Assembly (NCBI GenBank): GCA_965248195.1 | Contig: CBDFIQ010000002.1 | Location: forward strand, 1,440,001-1,504,000 | Direction: 5' to 3' | Length of the DNA: 64,000 bases | DNA from: Longimicrobiales bacterium | Lineage (GTDB): Bacteria > Gemmatimonadota > Gemmatimonadetes > Longimicrobiales > Gaopeijiaceae | In this document: positions 39,914 to 52,329 of the stretch, piece after piece | Numbering within the stretch: the stretch's first letter is position 1 | How the letters are laid out: the number at the start of each line of letters is the position of its first letter | Translations under genes and position numbers: made by a program | Notes under the pieces: generated by a model | Seen by the model: the letters and a program-made list of their open reading frames with translations, nothing else | The model's database searches: none | What the model was told of the DNA's origin: nothing

Positions 39914-40807
39914 CTAGTTGTTGCGCATGCTGATTCTGAAACGGAGCGTGTCCGCGAGGTTACCCGAGCCCACGTAGTTGGACATGTCCTCACGGCTCTC
40001 AGCCTTGAGGAGGACCTCGATACTGGCGACGTCGGCCGGTGTGGCGGTCACAGCCCCGCTCGCGTCGTAGTAATGGAAGACCAACCCGCTGTCGGCGGGA
40101 CTCAGGAGCGGGCCGGCCAGCCGCTCCGGAGTGGTGGCCCCCGAGATCCTCTGCACCAGCCAGTACCTCCCATCCACATCCTCGAGACTGAACCGGACCG
40201 GGTGGAAGGCGCGGATGGGCGCGCCCACCATGAGGCTGTCGAGGAAAGGGTCCGAGCCGCCGAAGTTGAGAGCGACCTGGGGGTTGGGCGCGTTGGTCGT
40301 GTCGCCCCAGAAACAGTCGGGAGCGTTGGCTGCCAAACCCGTCGGGCTGGCGTCCACAGAGTCTAGCGGGGGCGTGAGGCCCCAACTCTCGGCGTCCATG
40401 TTGTAGGCCAGCACGCTGTCGGATGTGACGAACTGTCCCGAGACATCATAGATGCCAAACCATTGCGCATTCATGGAACAGACGATCCCGGCGGCGTGGA
40501 CCGCCCTCAGGGTTATGCTGTTGGTCCCGATCGCCGTCACGTCGCCGCCCGTGGCGGACGCCTCCTGGAAGGCCCACGACAGCATGCCGGCCCCCGTACG
40601 TAGGCTCACCTGAGTCTCGAGCTTGGCGCCTTGCACGGTAAAGAGCGCTATCTGGGAGGTGAGGATCGTGAACGCCGCGGCCATGAGCACACCGGCCACC
40701 ACCATCGTGATCAGCAGCTCCACTAAGGTGAATCCTGCTCGGTCTGCGGAGATCACACCACGCCTCGGCGGGCACTCATTTCGTTCCCAAGTCTGAGAAT
40801 ACTCATT
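39914..40807 (-). CDS. PilW-like copy 2; original leader frameshifted, body intact from GTG 40756
   Basis: RAG|FTLVE...ISMRNN; upstream atgagtattctcagacttggg matches the pilW1 start, but a 1-nt loss puts it out of frame. Confidence 0.8.
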   Translation of the reverse strand, partial: NEYSQTWERNECPPRRGVISADRAGFTLVELLITMVVAGVLMAAAFTILTSQIALFTVQGAKLETQVSLRTGAGMLSWAFQEASATGGDVTAIGTNSITLRAVHAAGIVCSMNAQWFGIYDVSGQFVTSDSVLAYNMDAESWGLTPPLDSVDASPTGLAANAPDCFWGDTTNAPNPQVALNFGGSDPFLDSLMVGAPIRAFHPVRFSLEDVDGRYWLVQRISGATTPERLAGPLLSPADSGLVFHYYDASGAVTATPADVASIEVLLKAESREDMSNYVGSGNLADTLRFRISMRNN

Positions 40808-40979
40808 AGAAGGCCAGGTTCGAGCTGTTCACGGCCGTGGCCGAGAGGAACTCGTCCCTGGAGGCCTGGAGCGCCGCGACGCCCATCGCGCCGAGCATGA
40901 CCATCGCGGTGAGCACGATGGGCAGCGTGAACCCCGCGTCGTTGCCGCGCACGCCCCCACCGGGGCTCTCGCTCACCAT
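40806..40979 (-). pseudogene. N-terminal fragment of a third PilX-like copy
   Basis: DAG|FTLPIVLTAMVMLGAMGVAALQASRDEFLSATAVNSSNLAF*, fused directly to the pilW2 start. Confidence 0.85.
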
Positions 40980-42229
40980 ACATGGTTCCACATTCGTTCG
41001 CCGACAGGTTTTGGGGCTTTGGGGGACAGCAGTCCGCCGCAGCTGTAGGTAATTTGGAGATCACCGCTGATGGCGTTCTCGGAGGCATAATCCTCGCTTC
41101 CCGGAGGATTGGGGTCGTCCCGGCAGACAACTTGGCCGTATATGATCGGCGCCCCCGAGATCTGGCACTGGGAGCCGGCGTAGACCAGTCCCTCGAAGGA
41201 AGCCTCGCCAGCCACCGGGCTCCCATTGATGTTCACGTCTCCCTCGGCCATGATGAGAATGCTGTCCGAGTGGGCCGCGACCACCCAGGGATCCCCCGGC
41301 AACGACAGCGACCCTTCGGTGAGGAACGTGATGGGCAGGGGATTGCCCGGGGAGCCGAGCTGGTGGCCGACTTCGACGTTTTCGGTCATGCAGTAGACGC
41401 CGGGCTGCACGTCGTCGCTGTCCGTAATATATTTATTGGAGCTGAACTTCCAGCCCCACCAGGTTCCACTGGCAAGGTTCCGGGTGGTCATGGTGGCGAC
41501 TTCCGTCCCAAACGGACCGTCGAAGATGTAGTCCGCCTCGGAGCAGTAGTCGGTGGGATCGAGATCGGGGATGGGTGTCTCGGGCACGCCGGACGTCGTA
41601 CTCACCGGGTCCCCCAACGGGTCCTGCAGTGTTCCCGACACGTTTGCCGTGCCCGAGGAAGTCACGTTCCCGTCTACCGTCGCAGTCCCGGAGATCAGCA
41701 GGTCGCCGTTGCTGTGGATGTCCGGGCACGGGCCGAGGATGGTCGGGTTGCCTGCCAATGTCGCGTCACCGCCGAACCCCATGGCGTTATTGACCACCTT
41801 TAAGCTCTTCATCAGGATGCCGACGCGCCGCGTTCCCCCGTTGAGCCCCGGGCTCTGGCCCGTGGATTCGACGGAGAAGAGCCTGTTTGCTGCCGCGTCA
41901 CCGCCGTCGACGCGGCGGTATACCACCTGGTAGCTGCAGCCGTTCGCGAGGGTCGTCCACGATTCTACGAGACTATCTCCGGGATTGGCCAGCAACGTGT
42001 CCATGGCCGACGCGTCCCAGTTCGCGACCGCGTCGTGGATACCTGCTTCGGCGGCGTAGAAGGCAAGGTTCGAGCTGGTCACGGCCGTGGCCGAGAGGAG
42101 CTCGTCCCTAGAGGACTGGAGCGACGCGGCCCCCATCACGCCCAGCAGGAGCAGCGCAAAGACCATGATGGGCAGGACGAACCCCCCGTCGCGGGTCCGG
42201 ACGATGTGGTCGTTGCTTCGGGTGTCCAT
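40973..42229 (-). CDS. PilX-like minor pilin (operon B, intact)
   Basis: DGG|FVLP, AFYAAEAG, VESTG, HSNGDL, GLVYAG, C-terminal MWNHVW; AGGAG RBS. Confidence 0.88.
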   Translation of the reverse strand: MDTRSNDHIVRTRDGGFVLPIMVFALLLLGVMGAASLQSSRDELLSATAVTSSNLAFYAAEAGIHDAVANWDASAMDTLLANPGDSLVESWTTLANGCSYQVVYRRVDGGDAAANRLFSVESTGQSPGLNGGTRRVGILMKSLKVVNNAMGFGGDATLAGNPTILGPCPDIHSNGDLLISGTATVDGNVTSSGTANVSGTLQDPLGDPVSTTSGVPETPIPDLDPTDYCSEADYIFDGPFGTEVATMTTRNLASGTWWGWKFSSNKYITDSDDVQPGVYCMTENVEVGHQLGSPGNPLPITFLTEGSLSLPGDPWVVAAHSDSILIMAEGDVNINGSPVAGEASFEGLVYAGSQCQISGAPIIYGQVVCRDDPNPPGSEDYASENAISGDLQITYSCGGLLSPKAPKPVGERMWNHVW

Positions 42230-42251
42230 ATATAATCTCCTGTGAAACTCT

Positions 42252-43169
42252 CTAGTTGCCGCGAATGCCTACTCTCAAGCGGAGCGTGTCTGCGAGGTGG
42301 TTGCCGGACCCCTTCCCCTTCCCGGACGCGTACCCCACGTAGTTGGACATGTCCTCACGGCTCTCGGCCTTGAGGAGGATGTCGATACTGGCGACCTCGG
42401 ATGGTGTAGCGGTCTCGGCTCCGGTCACGTCGTAGTAGTGGAAGACCAACCCGCTGTCGGCGGGACTCAGGAGCGGGCCGGCCAGCAGCTCTGGAGTGCC
42501 GGTTCCCGAGACTCTCTGGACGAGCCAGTACCTCCCGTCCACTTCCTCGAGATTGTACGCGACCGGGTGGAAGGCGCGGATGGGTGAGCCGATCTTGAGG
42601 CTGTCGATGATAAGCGACGCGCCCGACAGGTCGATGGCGACCTCGGGGTTGGGTGCATTGACAGTGTCGCCCCAGAAGCAGTCGGGAGCTTTGGTGGCCA
42701 ACCCCGACGGCGAGGCATCCGGGTTGCCTACCGTCAAGAGGTTCCAGACGTCGTCGTCTATGGAGTACGTCAGCACGCTGTCGCCTGCGGCGAACCGTCC
42801 CGAGACACCGTAAACGCCGATCCAACCGGCACTCGTGGAGCAGATGATCCCAGCTGCGTGGACCGCCCTTATGGTTACGTTGTTGGTACCGAGCGTTGTC
42901 AGGTCTCCGCCCGTGGCGGACAGCTCTTGGAGGGCCCACGACAGCATGCCGGCCCCCGTACGTAGGCTTACCTGAGTCTCGAGCTTGGCGCCTTGCACGG
43001 TATAGAGCGCTATCTGGGAGCGGAGGATCGTGAACGCCGCGCCCATGAGCAGACCGGCCACCACTATTGTGATCGCCAGCTCGATCAGTGTGAATCCTCC
43101 TCGGCCTGCGGAAGTCCCACGACGCCGTCGGTGGGCACTCATTCGTTGCCCAAGTCTGAGAATACTCAT
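42252..43169 (-). CDS. PilW-like minor pilin (operon B)
   Basis: RGG|FTLIE, LAGPL, GLVFHYYD, VGIRGN. Confidence 0.88.
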   Translation of the reverse strand: MSILRLGQRMSAHRRRRGTSAGRGGFTLIELAITIVVAGLLMGAAFTILRSQIALYTVQGAKLETQVSLRTGAGMLSWALQELSATGGDLTTLGTNNVTIRAVHAAGIICSTSAGWIGVYGVSGRFAAGDSVLTYSIDDDVWNLLTVGNPDASPSGLATKAPDCFWGDTVNAPNPEVAIDLSGASLIIDSLKIGSPIRAFHPVAYNLEEVDGRYWLVQRVSGTGTPELLAGPLLSPADSGLVFHYYDVTGAETATPSEVASIDILLKAESREDMSNYVGYASGKGKGSGNHLADTLRLRVGIRGN

Positions 43170-43570
43170 TTGCCCTTACCCGTACCCTTACCGGGGGCGT
43201 TCCCCAAGGCGGTAGCGGCATAGGTTACGAAGGTGTCGATCGTCACGCCGCCGAGCACGGAAGGACGTTCCACGGTGAGGAGGACGACCTTGGGGTCTGC
43301 CCCCGAGACCGTCCAGGTGATCGGAAATCCCCACACCGTATCCGAGTCCGACGTGACGCTGTCGAACGGAAGCGAGCGCAGCGTCTCCATCTGGTACTGC
43401 ACCGCCGCCGTCGCCTCGGTCATGAACTCTCCGGCCCGGGCCTGTTGCCGGGCCGTGAGCGATTGCTGGACGGCGGCCAAGGCCCCGATCGTGAAAATCA
43501 GCAAGGCGATGAGCACCTCCAGGAGGGAGATGCCCCCCTCGGGCCCCGGCGTACTCGCGTGAGTGCTCAT
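43166..43570 (-). CDS. PilV-like minor pilin (operon B, copy 2)
   Basis: EGG|ISLLE, METLRSLPF, DTFVTY. Confidence 0.85.
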   Translation of the reverse strand: MSTHASTPGPEGGISLLEVLIALLIFTIGALAAVQQSLTARQQARAGEFMTEATAAVQYQMETLRSLPFDSVTSDSDTVWGFPITWTVSGADPKVVLLTVERPSVLGGVTIDTFVTYAATALGNAPGKGTGKGK

Positions 43571-43962
43571 GGGCTACTGCTCTCCACGTTAGAGGTGGCG
43601 TATGTCACGAAGGTGTCCACCGTCGAGCCGCCGAAAACCGTGGGACGTTCCACGGTGAGGAGGACGACCTTGAGGGCTGTCCCCGAGACCGTCCAGGTGA
43701 GCGGAAATCCCCACACCGAGTCCGAGCCCGAGCCGAGGCTGTCGTACGGAAGCGAGCGTAGCGCCTCCATCTGGTACTGCGCGGCCGCCGCCGCCTCGGT
43801 GACGTACTCTCCGACCCTGGCCTGTTGCCGGGCCACGAGCGATTGCTGGACGGCCGCGAGGGCCCCGACCGTGAAAACGATCAAGGAGATCAGCACCTCC
43901 AGGATGGAGACACCGGCTTGGCGCCTCGACGTACTCGTCGACGTATTCGCGCGGATGCTCAT
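43567..43962 (-). CDS. PilV-like minor pilin (operon B, copy 1)
   Basis: QAG|VSILE, MEALRSLPY, DTFVTY; ATG 43962 overlaps the fimT-like stop. Confidence 0.85.
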   Translation of the reverse strand: MSIRANTSTSTSRRQAGVSILEVLISLIVFTVGALAAVQQSLVARQQARVGEYVTEAAAAAQYQMEALRSLPYDSLGSGSDSVWGFPLTWTVSGTALKVVLLTVERPTVFGGSTVDTFVTYATSNVESSSP

Positions 43963-44447
43963 CGGCTCAACAGCAGCCCGGACGCGGTCACCACAAGCGT
44001 GTCCAACTCGTTCCCACGAGCGAATCCGACATCGAGGGCTCCGGTGGTAGGACATGGGGCCGCGGCGGCCACGAGTCCCCGGGCGTCGAAACAAACCAAG
44101 GACCCGGTTGTCATCAGGTTCACATTGATCTCGCTCAGGTCGACGACAGCGCCTACGGTATCCATGACGCCGGATCCAGCCACCGTCGTATCGACCTCGA
44201 CCCAGAAATGATCTGTGGTCTCGTTTACGTGCAGTTCCGCTACCGCTCCGTATCGTACGGCCGCCGTGCGCGCCTTCTGATGGGCCGATCTGAACTGGTT
44301 GGAAGCCCCTCGTACCGCGAACTGGTCCCAGCTCTCACCCATCCGGGGGAGGGCGAGTCCTGCCAGGATCGCAATGATGGTGACCACGAACATCACCTCC
44401 ATGAGAGTGAATCCAGCCTTTTTCATGCGCCTATGCGGCCTCTGCAT
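43959..44447 (-). CDS. FimT/GspH-like minor pilin (operon B)
   Basis: KAG|FTLME, ARTAAV, CFDARG, VTASG. Confidence 0.88.
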   Translation of the reverse strand: MQRPHRRMKKAGFTLMEVMFVVTIIAILAGLALPRMGESWDQFAVRGASNQFRSAHQKARTAAVRYGAVAELHVNETTDHFWVEVDTTVAGSGVMDTVGAVVDLSEINVNLMTTGSLVCFDARGLVAAAAPCPTTGALDVGFARGNELDTLVVTASGLLLSR

Positions 44448-44559
44448 CGGAGAATGCTCCTACCGATTAGCTCCCTTGGGCCCATCCGGGCTCCAGGGGA
44501 GCGACCCTGGGGGGGTGGTAAACATCTGTCATGGCTTCACACCACAGGCGACTGTAAAC

Positions 44560-44574
44560 GCAAGGGGTATGCCC
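44560..44574 (-). promoter_or_regulatory. Sigma54 -24/-12 promoter candidate for pilin operon B
   Basis: Minus strand GGGCATACCCCTTGC fits GG-N10-GC with TTGC. Confidence 0.6.
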
Positions 44575-45018
44575 ATGGATCGTGGTATGTGGAAAACCGG
44601 CGAAAGGCCTGGTAACTGAAGGGCTATCGACGATCTCGCCGCCGGGCAGCCGCACGGGAAAAGCGGCAAACATTTCCCATTTTTTGACATTTTTGTCGTG
44701 ACCATCCACAGCCCTTCACCAATGCCCGACCGGAACCGAGTCGGCGCCACACGACCGGTTCGTCCCAAAACGATACCCGAAGCGGCAAAAAAGTGTCGCC
44801 ACGTTGAAAGTTGCCCACACCCCGAGTCGGTTGCAATGATTTTCTTGCGCCAAGGCCGGCGGTGGGCCTGACCCGCCGCTCTGGCCATGTCTGCCACCAA
44901 TTCAACCTTTACCCGTAGATCTTCAGCATAGGTCGGCGCGGCCTCCGCACTGGTCGTGAAGCAGTACGAGGGTCATGTTCGCTCGATGTTCAAGCGCATG
45001 TTCGGATAGCCGACCCAC

Positions 45019-46593
45019 GTGGGCACCCCTGGCACGGATGCCGTAACGCTCCGCTGGGAGCTCCCGCGGAAGCTGGTGCACGTGGGCATGGGGGCCTTCG
45101 CGCTCCTGCTGCGTTGGCTGACGCCGTGGCAGGCTGTGTTCATGGCCGTGGCCGCTCTGATCCTGAATTCGTTTTTTCTCCACGGCATCACACGAGGGGC
45201 CCTGCTGCGCCCCGAGGAACGCGCCTCGGGATTCTCACGTGGGGTCGTACTTTATCCCGCGATCCTGCTTCTGACCTTCATCGTCTTTCGGTCGCGCCTG
45301 GAGCTGGCGGCGGGGATCTGGGCGCTGCTCGCGGTGGGGGACGGGATGGCGGCGCTGTCGGGCCTCGCGCTCCGGGGGCCGCGATTGCCCTGGAATCCCA
45401 AGAAGACATGGTCGGGCCTGGTAGCATTCGTCCTGTTCGGGACGGCGGCGTCCGCCTGGGTCATCCGCTGGGTCCAGCGGGCGGGGACGTGGACGTTGGG
45501 TGGATCCTTGGTGCCCGGCGGACTGGTGACGCTCGGCGGGAGCGACGCATCCGGGCGGATTGGGGGTGCCTTCTTGTTGGGTGAGCCTGTCGGTGCCGCC
45601 AGCGCGGCCGGTGCCGCTGGTGCGGCCAGTGCGGCTGGTGCCGCTGGTGCGGCCAGTGCGGCTGGTGCGGCCGGTGTGGCCGGTGCTTTGGGGTCTCCGT
45701 CATTCCTGGTGATCGGCTGCCTGGTGGCGACCACGGCGGCCGCGCTCGCCGAATCACTGGACACGAAGGCCGACGACAACCTTCTGGTGCCTGTGGTCGG
45801 GGGGGCGGTGCTCTGGGCGGCGACGCTCGTGGACCCGGGATTGTTCGTTGCAGGCGGAGCCTGGCCCGCGGTCTGGCTGACCGGTGTGGCGATCGCGGTG
45901 CCGATCGCGGGCGTAGCCTTCCTAGCCCGTGCGGTGGATCGGTCCGGCGCCGTCGCGGGGGTGCTCCTGGCCACGGTGCTCTACGCGTACGCGGCGTGGC
46001 CCGGGCTAGTGATGCTGGGCGGTCTGATGGTTATCGGCACGGGCGTGACCCGGCTGGGCTACGCGCGCAAGGAGGCGTTGGGTGTGGCGGAGGGGAGGGG
46101 TGGTCGCAGAGGGATCGGCAGCGTGGTGGCCAACGCCGGGGCGGGTGTCGCGTTCGCATTCCTGGCTGGGGTGACGCCCTATTCCGGGGCCTTCACGATC
46201 GCGATGGTCGCGGCGTTCGCCACGGCGCTCTTCGATACTACCGCGACCGAGGTCGGTCAGGCCTTCGGGCGGCGTCACGTACTCGTCACGACCTGGCGGG
46301 CCGTCCCGGAGGGCACCACGGGCGGGGTGTCGGTGGTGGGCACAGTGGCGGGTGTTTTGGGCGCGACCGTCTTGGCGGGTGTGGGATGGGCGATGGGCCT
46401 GGTCGACGGCGCCGTGGTTCCGGCAGTCATCTTCGGGGCGTTTTGCGGGTCGACCCTCGATTCGTTCCTGGGAGCGATCATGGGGAAGGGGAGCCGCTCC
46501 GATCACCACCTTCGTAACCTGGCCAATACGGTGGCCGGGGCCGGCGTGGCTTGGGGGCTGGTGGTTTTGCAGGCGTACGTAGGATCGCGGTGA
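45019..46593 (+). CDS. Fusion of a phytol/dolichol-kinase-like domain and a DUF92 domain
   Basis: RKLVH, GDGMAAL, PKKTWSG, AES..DDNL, then ANAG, DTTATEVG, GGVSVVGT, DSFLGA, N.AN. Confidence 0.85.
   Translation: MGTPGTDAVTLRWELPRKLVHVGMGAFALLLRWLTPWQAVFMAVAALILNSFFLHGITRGALLRPEERASGFSRGVVLYPAILLLTFIVFRSRLELAAGIWALLAVGDGMAALSGLALRGPRLPWNPKKTWSGLVAFVLFGTAASAWVIRWVQRAGTWTLGGSLVPGGLVTLGGSDASGRIGGAFLLGEPVGAASAAGAAGAASAAGAAGAASAAGAAGVAGALGSPSFLVIGCLVATTAAALAESLDTKADDNLLVPVVGGAVLWAATLVDPGLFVAGGAWPAVWLTGVAIAVPIAGVAFLARAVDRSGAVAGVLLATVLYAYAAWPGLVMLGGLMVIGTGVTRLGYARKEALGVAEGRGGRRGIGSVVANAGAGVAFAFLAGVTPYSGAFTIAMVAAFATALFDTTATEVGQAFGRRHVLVTTWRAVPEGTTGGVSVVGTVAGVLGATVLAGVGWAMGLVDGAVVPAVIFGAFCGSTLDSFLGAIMGKGSRSDHHLRNLANTVAGAGVAWGLVVLQAYVGSR
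45592..45681 (+). repeat. 27-bp in-frame tandem repeat x3 (GAASAAGAA)
   Basis: ggtgc(c/g)gccag(c/t)gcggc(c/t)ggtgc(c/g)gc(t/c) repeated. Confidence 0.85.
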
Positions 46594-46814
46594 GCTTCCC
46601 TAGCCACTACCTGCCGCGCTCCCGCTGGGGCTGGATCGCCGTCCTCGCTTTCCTCGGCCTGATGGCGCTCGTCCAGCCGCCCATCGTCTTCTGGGTGGAC
46701 ACACGCTTCGGCTCAGGGTGGGTGCTGGGCATGCCCTTCCTCTACGTCTACCTCGGCGTAGTCTACTTCGCGCTCATCGGGGTCCTGCTCTGGGCCATCC
46801 GGAGAGGCGTCTAG
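46590..46814 (+). CDS. Small two-TM partner protein of the SSS transporter
   Basis: VLGMPFLYVY motif, directly upstream of the symporter; GTG overlaps the previous stop. Confidence 0.75.
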   Translation: MSFPSHYLPRSRWGWIAVLAFLGLMALVQPPIVFWVDTRFGSGWVLGMPFLYVYLGVVYFALIGVLLWAIRRGV

Positions 46815-48354
46815 CGCGTGCCAGGCCCGGGGGCGTAGCGCATGGAGACTTGGGTCGTCGCGACGGGGCTGATCTTCCTCTATATCCTCCTCACGATCGT
46901 GCTGGGCTTCCTGGCCAACCGCACGATGTCCGTCGATCTCGAGGACTTTCTCCTGTACGGCCGAAAGGCCGGTTTCGTGGTCCTGTACCTCACGGTCGTG
47001 GCCACGTACCACTCGGCGTTCGCCTTTCTCGGCTCGGGCGGGTTTTTCTACCGGTATGGGATCGGCTTTTGGGAGGCGGGCACGTGGACGGTGCTCACCG
47101 GGGCGATCACCTACACGCTCGGGGTTCGCATCTGGGTTCTCGGTAAACGCTTCGGCTACATCACGCCCGCGGACATGCTGGCCGATTTTTATGAGAGTGA
47201 AGCCGTGCGGGTCGTCGTGGCTCTGGTCTCCGTGCTTTTCACCATCCTCTACATCCAGGTTCAGGCGCAGGGCCTCGGATACATCATCTCGGTGGCCTCC
47301 GGGGACCGGATCTCGTTCGAGATGGGCACCTTGCTCCTCATGATCGTGGCGGGGGGGTACCTGATGGCGGGGGGGCTCAGAGCCGTGTATTGGACGGACG
47401 TAGTCCAGGGCATCTGGATGTATGTGGCCGTGTGGGCGGGAGCCTTGGTTCTGTCGCACCGGCTCTTCGGGGGACCGCTGGCGCTCTGGAAGCGCGTGGC
47501 GGCCGAGAGGCCGGATCTGCTTTCACTCCCGGGACCGGGGGGTTTCTTCACGCCGGGGATGTGGATCGGAATGACGGTCGCGCTGTCGTTCGGGATCGTT
47601 CTCCAACCGCACATACTGATCCGGTACTACACGGCGGCGTCGGGCCGCACGATCAAGTGGCTGGGGGCCACCACGCCGATCTTTCTGATGACGTTATACA
47701 TCCCGGCGGCGCTGGTGGGCCTGGGTGGGGCGATCGTCCTACCGGATCTTGCGATCCCCGATCAGATTTTTCCCGAGCTGCTGGTTCGATTTGCGCCCGC
47801 GTGGCTCACCGGCCTGATTCTGGCGGGAGCCACGGCCGCGGCCATGTCGACACTGGACTCGATCCTTCACGCCAACATGACGGTGCTCACACGCGACGTG
47901 TATCAGCGGTACATCGCCCGGGACCGGGAGGCCGCGCACTACGTGTGGGTCGGACGGGGCATCGTCCTCGGGCTCCTGATCATCGGCTACGTGCTCTCGG
48001 TGCGGACCTTCGGATTCCTCGTGACCCTGGTGACACTCTCCGGGGCCGGGGCGCTGCAGCTCCTACCCGGCACGCTCGGCGTGTGTTATCCGACACGACG
48101 CCCATTCACGAGAGCCGGCGTGCTCGCCGGGGTGGGCGTCGGTCTGACGGTGCTCTACGTGACGCTGGTGATCGTCCCCCACGCGCTCGGGATTCACGGT
48201 GCGATCTGGTCCCTTGGGGCGAATTTCGCGACATGCATCGCGGTGTCCATGATCACGAAGGGGTCCTCCCATGAGACCATCAACCGGATCCACGGCGCCC
48301 TCGAAGACTACGTTTACGGATCGGGGGAAGAAGGGTTGGAGGAGGCGCTCAGAG

Positions 48355-50829
<2,475 letters not shown>

Positions 50830-50967
50830 CGGAATAAAACCGTGGAGGTGGCAGCTCGTGGGGCCACCGATTTCGGACCCACCAAGTCTAACGTTGGTAT
50901 GAAGCTACGGTCCACGGGTAGAGACGTGGCTCGCCGGGCTCGAGGTTTCCTTCTTCGGGGAGCACAT

Positions 50968-52254
50968 GTGACGACAATCGGGTCCGGTCGCTATCGCTCG
51001 AGAGGGCTTCCTTCGGCCCTGATGATCCTCTCGCTTCTAGGCCCCTTGCCGGCCGCCGGTGGTCAAGCGCAGCTCGACGGCGAGTACGGCCTCTGGGTGA
51101 CGGACAGCGGGGGGGAGTTGGGGGTGGGGTGGCTCCTGTCCCGAGCCGAGGTCGGAGTCCTGGAGGTTTTCTCCGAAGGTCGCAGTGTCCACCGGGTTGA
51201 GACCCCGCTCAGTCAGGCCCACTTCACGACCTTCCCCCGCCCGGGTGGAGATACGGTGCTCCTCCGCTACGGTGCGTTGGGGGCGGAGGACTTGCACGCC
51301 ACGGTGCTTGATCTGCGCGAGGAGGTGCCACGGGTGCTCGAAGTCCTTTCGGGGGTTGATTCGCTCTATGTGATCGGAGACGTGCACGGAGAATACGACC
51401 GACTCCTCGGCCTCCTCGGGAACGCCGGACTCATCGATACGGAGGGGCAGTGGGTCGGGGGAGGGAGCCACGTGGTATTCCTCGGGGACGTCTTCGATCG
51501 TGGCGCGGACGTCACGCGGACCCTGTGGTTTCTTTATGAACTGGAGCGCCAGGCGCGGGCGGGGGGAGGAGGCGCCCACGTGGTGCTGGGGAACCACGAG
51601 ACCATGATCTTCACGGAGGACCTCCGCTACGTCTCCGCGAAGGAGCAACTCATTGCCCGCCTACACGGCGCGTCCTATACGGACCTGTTCGATATTCGGC
51701 ATTCCTTGCTCGGCCGCTGGCTGGTCGGCCGGCCGGGTCTGATGAAGGTGAACGAGGTGCTACTCGCGCATGGTGGTGTGGCACCGGGCTCGAGCCGCCG
51801 CTCGGTCGAGGCGGTGAACGATTCGATGTGGACGTTCATGTCGGAGGACCTCTTCTACCGGTGGGCAGACACGACCCTGGCCCTGGTCACGGACTCCGCC
51901 ACGGCCGAGCAGCTAGCGGACCAGTACGCGCGTGTGATCGTGATGGACCCGGCGGCCCTCGCGCGGCGGACCGGACTCCTCTTCGACGAGACCGGCATCC
52001 TCTGGTTCCGAGGTTACGTGCAAACAGACACGTTGACGTCGGCCCTCGAGGGCGTCCTGGACGAATTCGGGGTGGAAGTCCACGTCGTGGCTCATACACC
52101 CGTGAGATCGATCCAGTCTCTGTACGATGGAAAGATCTTGGCTGTGGACCTCGAGAGGCCGGCTACCGAAATGCTGTTGCTCGTGTGGGACGCCGGTGGG
52201 GGTCGGTACCAGCGATGGAGGGTCGGTCTGGCCACTCCCCCCGAGCCGTTCTAA
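50968..52254 (+). CDS. Exported metallophosphoesterase (Shewanella-like phosphatase type)
   Basis: GDVHG, GDVFDRG, GNHE, HGG, LWFRGY, AHT; signal-like N-terminus; start uncertain. Confidence 0.85.
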   Translation: MTTIGSGRYRSRGLPSALMILSLLGPLPAAGGQAQLDGEYGLWVTDSGGELGVGWLLSRAEVGVLEVFSEGRSVHRVETPLSQAHFTTFPRPGGDTVLLRYGALGAEDLHATVLDLREEVPRVLEVLSGVDSLYVIGDVHGEYDRLLGLLGNAGLIDTEGQWVGGGSHVVFLGDVFDRGADVTRTLWFLYELERQARAGGGGAHVVLGNHETMIFTEDLRYVSAKEQLIARLHGASYTDLFDIRHSLLGRWLVGRPGLMKVNEVLLAHGGVAPGSSRRSVEAVNDSMWTFMSEDLFYRWADTTLALVTDSATAEQLADQYARVIVMDPAALARRTGLLFDETGILWFRGYVQTDTLTSALEGVLDEFGVEVHVVAHTPVRSIQSLYDGKILAVDLERPATEMLLLVWDAGGGRYQRWRVGLATPPEPF

Positions 52255-52329
52255 CAAAGACATCCCCCTTCGAGGATGGCGCTTCGGCGGGGACGTGGCG
52301 AGGACGCCCAGTTCCGGCTAGGGCGTTCG

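Noticed and set aside
38750..44447. Shufflon or diversity-generating retroelement acting on the pilins
   Set aside because: All copies are co-oriented, with no intact recombinase or reverse transcriptase nearby, and differences are not adenine-specific
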